A DNA stretch of 64,000 bases from Acidimicrobiia bacterium (GTDB lineage Bacteria; Actinomycetota; Acidimicrobiia; Spongiisociales; ZC4RG35), in assembly GCA_965215185.1 (NCBI GenBank), contig OZ244034.1:3057535-3121534 (forward strand), in the 5' to 3' direction. A program made the position numbers and the translations under genes. The stretch's first letter is position 1. The number at the start of each line of letters is the position of its first letter. The notes beneath the pieces are model-generated. The model saw nothing but the letters and a program-made list of their open reading frames with translations, was not told the DNA's origin and made no database searches. Below, in pieces: positions 30,747-41,311 of this stretch.

Positions 30747-31229
30747 TTAGCAGGGTACGCTGATCGAAGGTTTGTGACAACGGGCCGCTCTTTTAAGAGT
30801 TCTGTGCTTCTCTGGCGGCGTGCGCTGCGCGGAGCCGGGCGAACACATCCTTTTTATATTCCAGCATGTCGGCTTCGTAGTAGACGCCGTGTTTAGCGCA
30901 GGCGGGCGGCGCAAGCGCCCGACGGGGATCCACGCGGGAATCACCGCCATCATCTCCCGTGCCCGAACAGCGGCAGTCGCGTAATCATGCTTTCCGATAG
31001 CGTTCTGCATCTCGGACATGGACCCGAAGTACGCGTCCGTCGCGGCTGTCGGGGGTTCCCTGAACGCACCGCCAGAACCGAGATCGGACTCCGACGCCGC
31101 CTGAAGGGTGGCCGCGTCCTTCTGTAGCAACGCGCCGAGCTTCGTGGAATCACTAGTACTCATACACGACGTCCAGTCGACGAGGCGGGTTCCAGCCATA
31201 TGACCCTCCCCGCTGGTATCTCCTTCCAC
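30747..31229 (-). CDS. Hypothetical protein or gene fragment
   Basis: 160-aa ORF; central part protein-like, C-terminus probably junk. Confidence 0.35.
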   Translation of the reverse strand: MEGDTSGEGHMAGTRLVDWTSCMSTSDSTKLGALLQKDAATLQAASESDLGSGGAFREPPTAATDAYFGSMSEMQNAIGKHDYATAAVRAREMMAVIPAWIPVGRLRRPPALNTASTTKPTCWNIKRMCSPGSAQRTPPEKHRTLKRAARCHKPSISVPC

Positions 31230-32171
31230 GGCCCGACGTCAGAAGCGCTTGCCTTCGTATCGCACGGCCCCCCACCTGGACAACATCGCCATCTGACCTC
31301 CGGCCACCTACTTCGATCACTTCTACCTCCCCTGCTCAGCGGCAGCCGTGACGCTTCCGCCGCCGCTCCATGCCCATCTGGCAATTGATACCAACTGGGC
31401 CGCTGGCGATCAGCAACTAACCGTACCGGGCTAGCCGCGGGATGCGGGCAGGGCTCCCGCCTAGGCCGCCGGGGGGTCAATGTCAGCTCCACGTATGAAG
31501 GTGCCTTACGCGGACCGGGACGGCGTACTGGTTCACGCGTCGCAGGTGGAGCGGGGTTGGGCGTGCGGATGCGTCTGTGTCGGGCACCAAGACCAGACCT
31601 CATTTCGCTCATCACGCTGGTGCGGGGGATTGTGACGGGAGTGTGGAACCCGTCTGGTAGCTAGAAGGGCGTTGGCCGCTGTCTCGGCGACTGAGAAGAG
31701 GAGACAGACTCCCGGGACCCCTACCATTACCCCTGGTCAGGGGTGGTCGCGAAGACCCCACAGAGGGGTCTTCGCGTGTTATGGGCTGTTGAGTTCGCGG
31801 GTTAGGTGGTTTGGTCGGGTTCTTGGGTGGTTTCGGGGGTCTTAGAGCCGGTTTCGGCGGTGTTCGTGGTGGTTGTGGCGCCGGTTATGGGTGCTGGTGG
31901 TTTTGGTGGCTGGTTCTGGACGCGTCTGGTTCGACGGGTGCGTTCCCGTCAAGGATGAGCGGTAGGGGGTTGGTTTATGGGGGTGCGCGGGTGGGTGTGG
32001 ACTGGCCTGGGCGTTGGGTTGGTGAGGCTGCGGTGGTGTCGGGGGTTGCCTGGTCGGCGCGGCCTGGGGTGCTTGGGTTGTCCTTCTCGGGGCTCCGGGT
32101 TCGTCGGGTTTGTTTGAGGTTGTGGATGACGGCGGCGGCGAGTGTGTGGCTGTTACCGCCCTAGAGTCGGG

Positions 32172-32462
32172 TCATCGGAGCATCCGGTCAACGTCCCTGC
32201 GAATCTCCGCTACGTAGGCATCGTCCGCGAGGCGGCTCTTGGCAATTTCCATTATCTGTATTGGCCTGCGGCGCGCGTTCTGCTGATGGCGCATCTTCTT
32301 ATCTCCGGTGATCACCAACGCGAACCCGTCATCGACGGCTTTGTCCAACATCGCCCCGTTGGACAAACCCTTCCAACCCATGTAGTCGACCGTATAGGTT
32401 TCGTAGTCAGGGAACAGGTGACGCAGGCGAATATCCAGGTCTTCGTCTATCAGGATCTTCAC
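32172..32462 (-). CDS. PIN-like toxin (DUF5615/VapC45-like)
   Basis: MKILIDEDL, MGWKGLSNG, LVITGDK..HQQN. Confidence 0.85.
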   Translation of the reverse strand: MKILIDEDLDIRLRHLFPDYETYTVDYMGWKGLSNGAMLDKAVDDGFALVITGDKKMRHQQNARRRPIQIMEIAKSRLADDAYVAEIRRDVDRMLR

Positions 32463-32467
32463 AGGGA

Positions 32468-33055
32468 TTATCCCAGCGGTCCCTGGTAGCCCTGATCCGC
32501 GGCGTGGCGCAACACCGCTTCGACGTGTTCGTAGTCCACGTCGTATGTGTCGCTGAACTCGCGGGCTGTTCTCCCTGCCTTCAGGAAGTCGAACAACGCT
32601 TCGACGGGGTGCCAGGTGCCCGCGAACGTGGGCTCCGGCGGGGGTGTGAACCCCACGAAGTGGACGCCTGGCACGTCGGTCACGCAGGTGAGTTCCACGA
32701 AGGGGCAGCCTGTCAGATCGACCGTGCCCACCGGCGGGTCGCTGGTCATGTAGTCGTAGACAGCCCTGACAGGTTCCGTATCTATCAGGTGAGCGTCAGG
32801 GAAGGTGTCCAGGGTGCCGCCGCCTGTGGTCAGCCAGTCGACCAGGGTGTCCGCTGGGATACGACGCCCGATAAAGGTTGCCTGACCGCCTTTCCGTCCG
32901 GGAACGTATTCGAGGGCCGCACAGCCCCGCCAGTCAACCATCCGGAGAACCATCGGGTCGTCGTGACGCTCCGCCCACGAACCAGCAGGAAGCTCAGACG
33001 GTGTGTCTTCGGCTGCTCCACTCGTGGTGCCCGAATGTAGCAATGTGTCGCTCAT
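32468..33055 (-). CDS. Tandem DUF433 antitoxin
   Basis: PGRKGGQATFIGRRIP and EPTFAGTWHPVEALFDFL.AG...EF. Confidence 0.82.
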   Translation of the reverse strand: MSDTLLHSGTTSGAAEDTPSELPAGSWAERHDDPMVLRMVDWRGCAALEYVPGRKGGQATFIGRRIPADTLVDWLTTGGGTLDTFPDAHLIDTEPVRAVYDYMTSDPPVGTVDLTGCPFVELTCVTDVPGVHFVGFTPPPEPTFAGTWHPVEALFDFLKAGRTAREFSDTYDVDYEHVEAVLRHAADQGYQGPLG

Positions 33056-33464
33056 TAGCGTGCCCGACCTACTGTGGTTATCCGATAGAGAGTGTCTAGG
33101 CACATTCTACCCGAGAGGACGCTGCTGTGTAGCGTTCCTGCCCGTTCGATTCTCAGTTGGCGAGAGGAGGTGACAGATTCCGGCTGAGGAGGAGACAGAC
33201 CCGCAGGACCCCTACCATCACCCCTGGTCAGGGGTGGTCGCGAAGACCCCACAGCGGGGTATTCGCGTGTTGGTGGGTGTTGGGTTCGCGGGTTAGGGGG
33301 CGAAGTCGGGGTTTTGGCTGGTTTTGGGGGTTTTGGGGGTCTGGTGGGGTGTGTGCGGTGCTGTGGGGTGCCGGTTATGGGTGTTGGTGGTGTTGGCGGC
33401 TGGTTTTGGACGCGTTTGGTTCGACGGGTGGGTTCCCGTCGGTGTGGGATGGGTCGGGGTTGGT

Positions 33465-35295
33465 TTATGGGGGTGCCCGGGTGGGTGTGGGGCTGGTGGG
33501 GTGTGGGGGTGGTGTGGCTGATGGGGTGGTGTTGGGGGTTGTCTGGTCGGGGCAGGGGGTGCTGCTGTTGTGGTTGTCCCGGTTGCGGGTTCGTCGGGTT
33601 TGTTCGAGGTTGTGGATGACTGCGGCCATGAGCGCGGCGAGTGTGTGGGCGGCGAGACCGAACGCGCGGCAGGATGCTTTGTCGAAGCTGCCGTCGTCTT
33701 TGATCATGGAGTTGACTCCTTCGACGGGGTTACGTCCGGCGTAGTCGGTGGCCCAGTTGGTGGTTCCGTAGGCGTTGCGTTGGTGGTTGTCGAGTTGTTC
33801 GACGCTGAGGGTGATCATGCCGTCGCAGCAGTACTCGGTGTCGGGGACGGCGACGGTGGGCAGGTCGGGGTTATTCGGTGTCGGGGACGGCGATGGTGGG
33901 CTGGTCGGGGTTGTGGGTGCGGTTGGGCCGGTTGGGGTTGCGGGTCTTGGCGGTGGTCATAACGCGGCCCGCGCATTGGGGGCAGATGATTTTCTTGGTT
34001 CCGTTGGGGAAGGATTGGACGACCTTCCATTGGTATTTGGCCCGTTCGTCGTACCAGTCTTGGAGGGCGGTGCCGGTTAGGTTGTCGGGTTGGGTGAGTA
34101 GATGTGGTGGTGTCCAGACGACGAGGGGGGTGCCGCAGTGCACGAGGATGGGGGTGTTGCGTGTGCCTGCGGTGATCAGCCTGACCCGTTTCTGTTCGTC
34201 CGACGATTGGTTCATGACGATTTCCCAGCCCTGTTCGCGCAGCGGCCGGACGAAGGTGTCTTTTTTGCGGGTGTAGTGCTGGTCGGCTTTGACGACTTTG
34301 AGTTTGGGTGCGACGCGTTTGGCTTGGGTGGCCACCTCGTGTCCGATGGGTCCGGCTTCTTCGTCGGCTGGTGTGAGGGTCATAGCGACAATGTGTGGGG
34401 CGACGGAATGGTGGCGTCTGCCTTTTCGGATGGAGCGAACAAGTACAGCTAGATGAGCGAAGTAGCCATTGAAGTGTCCTGCCGGACGTTTCGACGTTTC
34501 GCTGCGGAACCCTTGCCCGGCATCGACGTCGTCTGTGCGTTGTATCTTCCCGTTGGACTTGAGGGTGGTTGTTGGCGGAACACGTCCGGCGTCGACCTCG
34601 GCTTGGGGGGTGTAGTCGGTTGTGCGGGCCCACGTTTGGTAGTCGGTGGCGTCGATGGCGATCTCGGTGGCAGCGCGAGCTGACCATTTCGCAACGGAGG
34701 GTGCGAGGAAGCGGTCGACCATCCATTGCAGGTCGATGTCGACACCGCCGGGGGTGACCGCCCCTTTCGTGAGGAATGCTTCGATGCGTCTGGCCTGACG
34801 CCAAACCAGGTTGTAGGAAACAAACGAGTTGCCGGTGTCGGGATCCAGCAGGCCCCATTCGATAGATATCGCAGCGTCGAGGCCTGCGAGCACTTCACAA
34901 AACGCCGTCCGCGTGTATTTGCCCGTCATTTTGACGGTCAGGAGCATGACCGTGAGGATCATGCGGGTGGTAAGCACGGGTTGCGAACCCGGATGGGCAC
35001 GCAACACCTGATCTATCTGTCTGCAAACCCCGGAGAGGCCCACGTACTGGCATATTCGGCGGGCTTGGGCGGGAGTGGTGATTATCGGCTCCCGGCGGCG
35101 GACTCCCTCCTCGTCGGTGTCCCCCCAGACGTTGACGCCCGCCGAGTCGGTGTCGTCGTACCGATCCGCGCTGGAGTGGTCTTTGGGCAGTTTCCGCTCA
35201 CAGTTCAGCTCGTACAGGCGGGCCGGGTCCGCCATCCCCCGCGCGGCGTAACGTTCGCGGCGTCGGCGGGCAGCCCGGGGCTTGCTCACGATCAT
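33465..35295 (-). pseudogene. DDE transposase copy 2, frameshifted by a 40-bp internal tandem duplication
   Basis: Paralog of 26798-28588 (IAIDATD, VKADQHY, YAGRNPVE); TCGGTGTCGGGGACGGCGA occurs at 33835 and 33875, with a stop at 33871. Confidence 0.85.
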
Positions 35296-35855
35296 GCGCC
35301 CAGCCCCCCGACTGCTGCGTCGACGGGGTCCAGACCAGAAGCGGAAACGGTGAGTAGTGCGGTGAGGGTGTCACCCGAAACCGGACCAGCAATATGGCGG
35401 AGCGCAGCCAGGCTGGTGGAAGCCTGCAGATGGGCGACCAGCCAGGTGGAGCGGGCTCGTCTCACCGACAGGCTGCCATGCCCACCGAACCCGACCTGGC
35501 GACACAACGTGGACACCGCGGTGCGATGCGTTGCGGATATGAGTCGTTCCCCTCCTACCAGGCCCAATGCTTCGGTGACCAAGGAGGTGTAATCGCGTCG
35601 GACCGGCACCACCCGCGGATGCCGACCCCGAACCCGCACAGCGACACGGCCACCATCCAAATCCATCACATCGCTTGTCTCAGCAGCTGCGATCGCGGGA
35701 CTCAGCAGGCCCGCTCCCAGAGTGGCGGCAACCACCCAACGGCGACCTGCAGGCTCCGCCCGAGCGGGAAGGCAGGCCGAGATCCGAAACGCGATCTCGT
35801 CGCCCAATGTGTACGGGCGGACGGGAACATGCTTGCGGGTCAGTTCCCCAACCGG
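35292..35855 (-). pseudogene. Recombinase-fold protein copy 2, 5'-truncated
   Basis: Paralog of the C-terminal half of 28585-29538; homology ends near 35855. Confidence 0.8.
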
Positions 35856-36498
35856 TGGGCTTTCAGCGTTGCTACAGCCCTAGCTCAAGGACTGCCGCCT
35901 CTTGCAGGAGCCCCCTCAAAATGGGGACACAAATTCGTAGACACTCGACACGTTCAGGTTCCTGAACGACTGTACGATTTCCTTGCCATAGCAGCCTTTC
36001 ACCACAGTGAACCCGAAGACCCGGAAATCCAGAACCCAGGACAGATCATCTTAATCAGCAACGGACTGGCCGGGGCCGGATGCCCCAGCGTCCTCGAGCG
36101 TCTCAACAGTCCCAAACTGTATCTCACGCCATTAGCCAAAGCCCTCGATTTTGCTGCCTCGATGCTCAATGAACCACCAGCTCCTGCCACGGAGGCGTCA
36201 ACACACTAAGTGTTGGGAGGTGACTGGGAGCCCCGGTATTTACCCGAGGTGTCGTAACATCTCAGAAGCAAGACAACTTAGGGTCTCAATGTCCGGCGTA
36301 GCGATCGCCGACCGCAAGTCAATGAATCCCAAAACCGTGACCGATAACGGTTTCGCAAATAACCAAAACTTGTTTCAGAATTGGCCGACAGTGGTTTCGC
36401 CGCCCTGTTCGTCGGGTGGTGTGCCGCAGTAGCGACCGCCGGGCATTATGGCGGTATGCCCCGAACACGAGGGAGCAATCCCCTAGGTTGGGATTACC

Positions 36499-36930
36499 GT
36501 GGTTGAGCAGAACGCTCGGCGGGCCGTGCAACCACCGCAACCGCGCCACCCGCGCCGCCGCGCCGCCGCCCGCCGAGGAGCGGCCGAAGTGCTAGCAGCC
36601 AACGCGGCCGCAGTCATCGACGCTCTACCCCAAGTCTTTATCGACACCGACCGCGAGGTCCGACAGCAAGCCGCGCGAGCGCTCCTAAACGTCGACCAAG
36701 TCGCAGCATCGGACCTCCAAGGCCCTGTTGGCGCCTTCGTACAGAGCCCAGCCTTCCCAGACCACATGGAGTTCCTCTTCCGAGGACTCGCACAGATATC
36801 TTCACGCTTACCACCAAACACCATTGATGCGTGCGAGCAGGCCGTCGCTACAGCTGGTGAAGAACTCACAGACATAGTGGCTCCTTGCGCATCTATCCTT
36901 CAGTACTGGCAATGGCCGATTGCTATGTAG
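36499..36930 (+). pseudogene. HEAT-repeat-like gene fragment
   Basis: LPQVFIDTDREVRQQAARAL, FVQSPAF; runs into the CRISPR leader. Confidence 0.35.
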
Positions 36931-36959
36931 CTAGACGCGTTCGAGCGTCTAGCCTAAGG

Positions 36960-36996
36960 GTCGTAGCCGGGGTTGACTCCCGGCGCTCATTGAGGG
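36960..36996 (+). CRISPR. Single CRISPR repeat with leader and trailer (collapsed copy of the 40615 array)
   Basis: Identical to repeat 1 of the array; flanks 36890-37219 are homologous to 40545-41095. Confidence 0.8.
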
Positions 36997-37970
36997 GGAT
37001 ACCGAGAGGGAACTTGAGGTCCCCTCGTTTACTGCTTGAAGTCCTACCCGGGACTCCCCCGGCTAAGTGCCTGGTAGGGGGTGATGAAGTGCCCGCACCG
37101 ACGGCCTCGTCCGTGGGCAGCGCCCCCCCATCTCGAGGTGTCGTCCTGCCCAGTTCGGAGGGGACGTCGTCCCCAGGCTCATATTGAACTGCCTGGTGGG
37201 GGGTGGTCGCGAAGACCCCACGGCGGGGTCTTCGCGTGTTGTGGGGTGTTGAGTTCGCGGGTTAGGGGGTTTGGGTGGTTTTAGGGGCTCCTACTGTCGC
37301 CGCTCTGGGACAACCTCCGTCGCGGATGGCATGACCAGGCCGCCGGTGGCTGGGGTAGCGCAGCCCCCACGTTTCGTGGAACGCGTGCTGGAACTCGACG
37401 ACGGGGCCGTCACCTGCTGGGGTCGGAACCATCCGCGGTGGGGTTCCCGAATCGCAGCGAGATGGGTTTCTATCGCATATAACTGGCTTAGATACTTCGA
37501 TCCCGACGGGGGCTCCTGGAGCGCGCTCCCCCAGGTTTGTGCGGGTCGGGGGGGTCACCATCCGCAGCTACCGCCGGAGTCGGAGTCGGGAAGCGGAGGC
37601 GACCATTGGTCCGCGCTCCGGCTACTTCTGGTACGGCGACGACAGCAATCCCCGCTGTCGCGCATAGCTCGACCAGTCTGGGTTGCCAAACAGTGGGGAT
37701 CGCCCACTCGCGTGAGTCCGCCCACCTGCCTCAGGACCTCCCTGAACCCTTTGGCGGAGTGGACTGTCCCGTCAGGCCTGCCACCTTACCGAGATGCTCG
37801 GTGGCCACGCTCAGCGGTGGGGGGTATGGAGGTTCCCAGCACGACGGCATGGAAGCGGAGTTGCGCTCCGGTGAGAGGCTTGGAGAGGTTACCAACGCAA
37901 ACCCGCTCACCACCCTCGAGTGCAGACCGCGTCTAGGTGGACAGACGACCGGGGATCACTCCCCGGTGTC

Positions 37971-38220
37971 GAGACCTGCCAGCAGTTGGTTTATCCTCCC
38001 GTTCAGTCAATCAGGTAGTCATCTCCCCATCGCCTCAGAGGCGACTGGCATGGTCAACTCCTAGCGGAGCACGCCCGCACTTCGTCAACCGTGGCGAGAC
38101 CTGCCAGCAGTTGGTTTATCCTCCCGTTCAGTCAATCAGGTAGTCATCTCCCCATCGCCTCAGAGGCGACTGGCATGGTCAACTCCTAGCGGAGCACGCC
38201 CGCACTTCGTCAACCGTGGC
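37971..38220. repeat. Perfect 125-bp tandem duplication
   Basis: 37971-38095 is repeated at 38096-38220. Confidence 0.9.
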
Positions 38221-38554
38221 GTGGCGGGCTCTGCAGTGTCCGCACTTGATACGAGTTACGGCCTCCGGGGGAACGGCTGCGACTCTCTCCGGGGTTGGGT
38301 GGGCTACTTGGGGTAACCCATAGGTACTGATAGTAGTTGGCACAGGCTCCACGTCCTAGAGACAATGGGGTTGCTCCAGCGGGCCTTCTGCCGTTTCTTG
38401 GGTCCTGATGGTGTCTGTCTCTTTCCTGCTGACCTCCCACCCAACCGGGGGTAGGAGCTCAAGTAGCAAGCAGGCGGGGACGACCTCAAGTTCCCTCTCG
38501 GTTGATGAGCAGCCGAGATGCCGGTCAAGGTCACCTGGGGGACTTGAACTACCA

Positions 38555-39394
38555 TCAGGGTCCCCATTCCTGCTTCTCGATGCCGACGACCCTGGGGACA
38601 TCGTGTTCGTCTAGCTCTAGGAACACGACCCAGGCGGTCCAGTCGAAACCGCTGTACTCATCTTTGTCACCTGGATCGTATATGACGACCCAAGGAAAGC
38701 TACCGCACTCTTGGGGGAGGTAGATGTAGCCGGGCCTTGGCAGACCCCGCATTGGCACCTGGACGTCGGGATCGCGGTAGTCGGATAGGAATTCGGTAGC
38801 GACCTCCTGCAGCGTCGCGGTTACAAGTTCCTCGTCGTTGCCATCGGCTACAAACCCCCAGTTGTACCTTGTACCCGCATGGAGGTCGGGTTCCACACGA
38901 ACCCATTTTCTGTAGAGGACGACATATAGACCCCGCCAGCAGCTGACCGTCTCGGCCAAACCTATCCCGGTCGTAAGGCCTGCCGCGAACCTGTCGAGCG
39001 CTGCGCGCCAACTCCACTCCATTAGCATTTCGGACGCGCACCACTGCTCGGTGACATAGCGTCCGTGAACCCACCCGGTTGCATACCCAGTATTGATCTC
39101 GTACCACGGACTCCCGTCAATGATGGCCGTCTGCCCTGTCGGGATGAGGTCGGTCTGGCCACTGTACAGCGCCTCGAGGATTGGAGAGTCGACACCCGGG
39201 TTCTCTCGCAGGTTCAGCAAATCGTCATAGGATACCAACACCACCTGCATGGTTCTCTGGGTGGCGGCGCCTTCCGTCGTCGGCCCTCGCCGCCGCCGGT
39301 GGGCCAATGCCGGTCCGTGGCGAAACGGTTTACAGGCTGAAGGACCGATACACACGCTGGGTTGGGGGAGGGGGGAGCGGTCAGGCGTTATCAC
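38555..39394 (-). CDS. SH3b-like domain protein
   Basis: LNLRENPG...IL, WYEI...GWVHGRYV; 4-bp overlap with the upstream gene. Confidence 0.7.
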   Translation of the reverse strand: MITPDRSPLPQPSVCIGPSACKPFRHGPALAHRRRRGPTTEGAATQRTMQVVLVSYDDLLNLRENPGVDSPILEALYSGQTDLIPTGQTAIIDGSPWYEINTGYATGWVHGRYVTEQWCASEMLMEWSWRAALDRFAAGLTTGIGLAETVSCWRGLYVVLYRKWVRVEPDLHAGTRYNWGFVADGNDEELVTATLQEVATEFLSDYRDPDVQVPMRGLPRPGYIYLPQECGSFPWVVIYDPGDKDEYSGFDWTAWVVFLELDEHDVPRVVGIEKQEWGP

Positions 39395-39879
39395 TCCCCT
39401 AGAGCAGCAGCGGGGGCCTCAGCCCCGCTAGGAGATATGCGCTGTTCGGTCGGCCCATAAGCAATAGCCCCGGGCCGTAAAGCTACCCCCGAAGGGCAGT
39501 CCCACGACCAGTCCCAACGGTAGCCTTCCGAGAACAGCCTCTCCCAAGGGTCAAGGATGAGCACATCCCAGTCGGCGGCCACCTGTTCCCAGTCCGGGAA
39601 CGGCAACATCAGGCCGGGCGGAATCGCATAGCGTGACGAGAAGCGGTTGAACTCGCGGGAGCGGTTGTCCAAGACAAGAACCCTGGCCGAGGGGTCGAGT
39701 ATCACGGGTCTTCGCCATCTCACTCCGTCTAGGAAGACGCTTCCGCTGCGGCACCAACGTTCCCACGCGTCGCCGACGGATAGCCAAACGCCCACTGGTT
39801 TGGTAGGACTCCGCCTTCGGGTGGGCCACCGAGGGATCTCCGGAGACGGTGAGTACTTGTATAGAACGGGGACCGTCAT
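39391..39879 (-). CDS. Trp-rich hypothetical protein
   Basis: KPVGVWLSVGDAWERWC...PDWEQVAADWD...WDCPSG; ATGA overlap with the HEPN gene. Confidence 0.65.
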   Translation of the reverse strand: MTVPVLYKYSPSPEIPRWPTRRRSPTKPVGVWLSVGDAWERWCRSGSVFLDGVRWRRPVILDPSARVLVLDNRSREFNRFSSRYAIPPGLMLPFPDWEQVAADWDVLILDPWERLFSEGYRWDWSWDCPSGVALRPGAIAYGPTEQRISPSGAEAPAAALGE

Positions 39880-40316
39880 AGCGCTGTCCATACCCGCCAC
39901 GCACACCGTATCACGTCGTTGACGATCAGCACCACGGCATCAATAGCGTCGGGATTGTACTTGTGTGATGTGACATGTCGATCAATAACCCAGGTTTCCA
40001 GGTCGTCCCGATCGCTGGGACCGATCAGGCCCTCATCGGCCGCCCGGCGCACAACCCAGTTGAAATTGGAGCCGATGCGCACTGGGCAGCCCCGTGCCAT
40101 GAGTGCTTCTTCCAACACAGCGTGGACGCTCGATATGACAGCCTCGAAGCGTTGCACCAAAGCATCGTGGTAGACGCTTAACTCCGAATCGGACCGGTCC
40201 GCTCCGCGGCCATCCACCAACCGCGCTGCGTACTCCAAATCGTGGAGAAAGCCTTCCAACATACTCTTGTTGTTGTCCACAAGCGCCAGCCCCCCGGCGG
40301 CTATCACCACCAGCAT
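39876..40316 (-). CDS. HEPN / nucleotidyltransferase substrate-binding (HI0074-like) protein
   Basis: DALVQRFE, RRAADEGLI, Rx4H motif RHVTSH; GGAGG RBS. Confidence 0.8.
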   Translation of the reverse strand: MLVVIAAGGLALVDNNKSMLEGFLHDLEYAARLVDGRGADRSDSELSVYHDALVQRFEAVISSVHAVLEEALMARGCPVRIGSNFNWVVRRAADEGLIGPSDRDDLETWVIDRHVTSHKYNPDAIDAVVLIVNDVIRCAWRVWTAL

Positions 40317-40614
40317 ACCCCCTCCTTCAGGCGGGCGCACCCGGCAGCCCCCGTGTGGAGGCTGACAGCTAGAGGGCCAATCAGGCCGGAGCGTGCTGCT
40401 GGTGCTCGGATGCCAGCCTGGTAGAATGAAATAGCCCTCCAGTGCTGTTCTGGGTGGAAGTCGCTACCTGCGGCGGCCCGGCAAACCCCGTTGCGAACCG
40501 TCGGTGATTCCACTGGGAGCACCCTTGACCAGTGGTTCCTTGCTCATCTATCCTTCAGTATTGGCAATGGCCGATTGCGATGTAGCTAGACGCGTTCGAG
40601 CGCCTATCCTAAGG

Positions 40615-40873
40615 GTCGTAGCCGGGGTTGACTCCCGGCGCTCATTGAGGGAGGTCTGTGCTGTCTGTTGACCAAGTAAGCAGGGCAGGTCGTAGTCGGG
40701 GTTGACTCCCGGCGCTCATTGAGGGTCCTGCGACCTGGTTGTCGGCGACGCCAAGTGGTTCGTCGTAGTCGGGGTTGACTCCCGGCGCTCATTGAAGGGT
40801 CGAGCTCAAGAGAAAGGGCCGCTACGGCACGCTTGAGTCGTAGTCGGGGTTGACTCCCGGCGCTCATTGAGGG
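40615..40873 (+). CRISPR. CRISPR mini-array, 4 repeats and 3 spacers, no cas genes in window
   Basis: Repeat GTCGTAG(T/C)CGGGGTTGACTCCCGGCGCTCATTGAGG(G) starts at 40615, 40689, 40762 and 40837; unique spacers of 36-39 bp; internal CCGGG/CCCGG stem and ATTGAGG end resemble type I-G repeats. Confidence 0.92.
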
Positions 40874-41311
40874 GGATAGCGAGAGGGAATTTGAGGTCCC
40901 CCCGTTTACTGCTTGGAGTCCTACCCGGACTCCCCCGGCTAAGTGCGTGGTCGGGGGGTGATGAAGTGCTTGCCCCGACGGCCTCGTCCGTGGGCAGCGC
41001 CCCCCATCTCGAGGTGACGTCCTGCCTAGTTCGGAGGTGACGTCGTCCCTAGACTTATATTGAACTGCCTGGTGGGGGGTGGTCGCGAAGACCCCACAGC
41101 GGGGTCTTCGCGTGTTACGGGGTGCTGAGTTCGCGGGTTAGGGCTGTTGGCGGGGGTTCTGGCCTGTTTCAGGGGTGTTCGGGTGTGTTTGGCCGGGGCG
41201 TGGGGGTGTGTGGCTGTGGTTACGGGGGTATGGCGGCCGCGACGGTTGGTTCTGGACGCGGTTGATTGGACGGGGTGGGTTCCCGTCAAAGATGAGCGGT
41301 AGGGGGTTGGT

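Larger units (their letters stand above)
26588..31759. mobile_element. Unit 1 (candidate autonomous element)
   Basis: TIRs 26588-26599 and 31748-31759; intact transposase plus full-length recombinase-fold gene. Confidence 0.85.
31765..33250. mobile_element. Unit 2 (non-autonomous; transposase 3' remnant plus TA pair)
   Basis: TIRs 31765-31776 and 33239-33250; about 31976-32150 matches the transposase 3' end (...TPTRAPP*). Confidence 0.85.
33256..37219. mobile_element. Unit 3 (decayed core plus single CRISPR repeat)
   Basis: TIRs 33256-33267 (one mismatch) and 37208-37219. Confidence 0.85.
37225..41095. mobile_element. Unit 4 (non-autonomous; three-gene operon plus CRISPR mini-array)
   Basis: TIRs 37225-37236 and 41084-41095. 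Confidence 0.85.

Noticed and set aside
26588-31759. Tn3-family transposon (GGGG ends, 5-bp TSD)
   Set aside because: TIRs are 12 bp rather than about 38 bp, and the transposase is about 600 aa with IS4-like motifs rather than about 1000 aa TnpA
31748-31776. Junction palindromes as REP elements or intrinsic terminators
   Set aside because: Half-sites at the boundaries and long conserved asymmetric arms indicate element ends; incidental terminator activity remains possible
35394-37936. ORFs 35394-36209 and 37271-37936 as genes
   Set aside because: They start in antisense or element-end sequence and have no recognisable motifs; may contain fragments only
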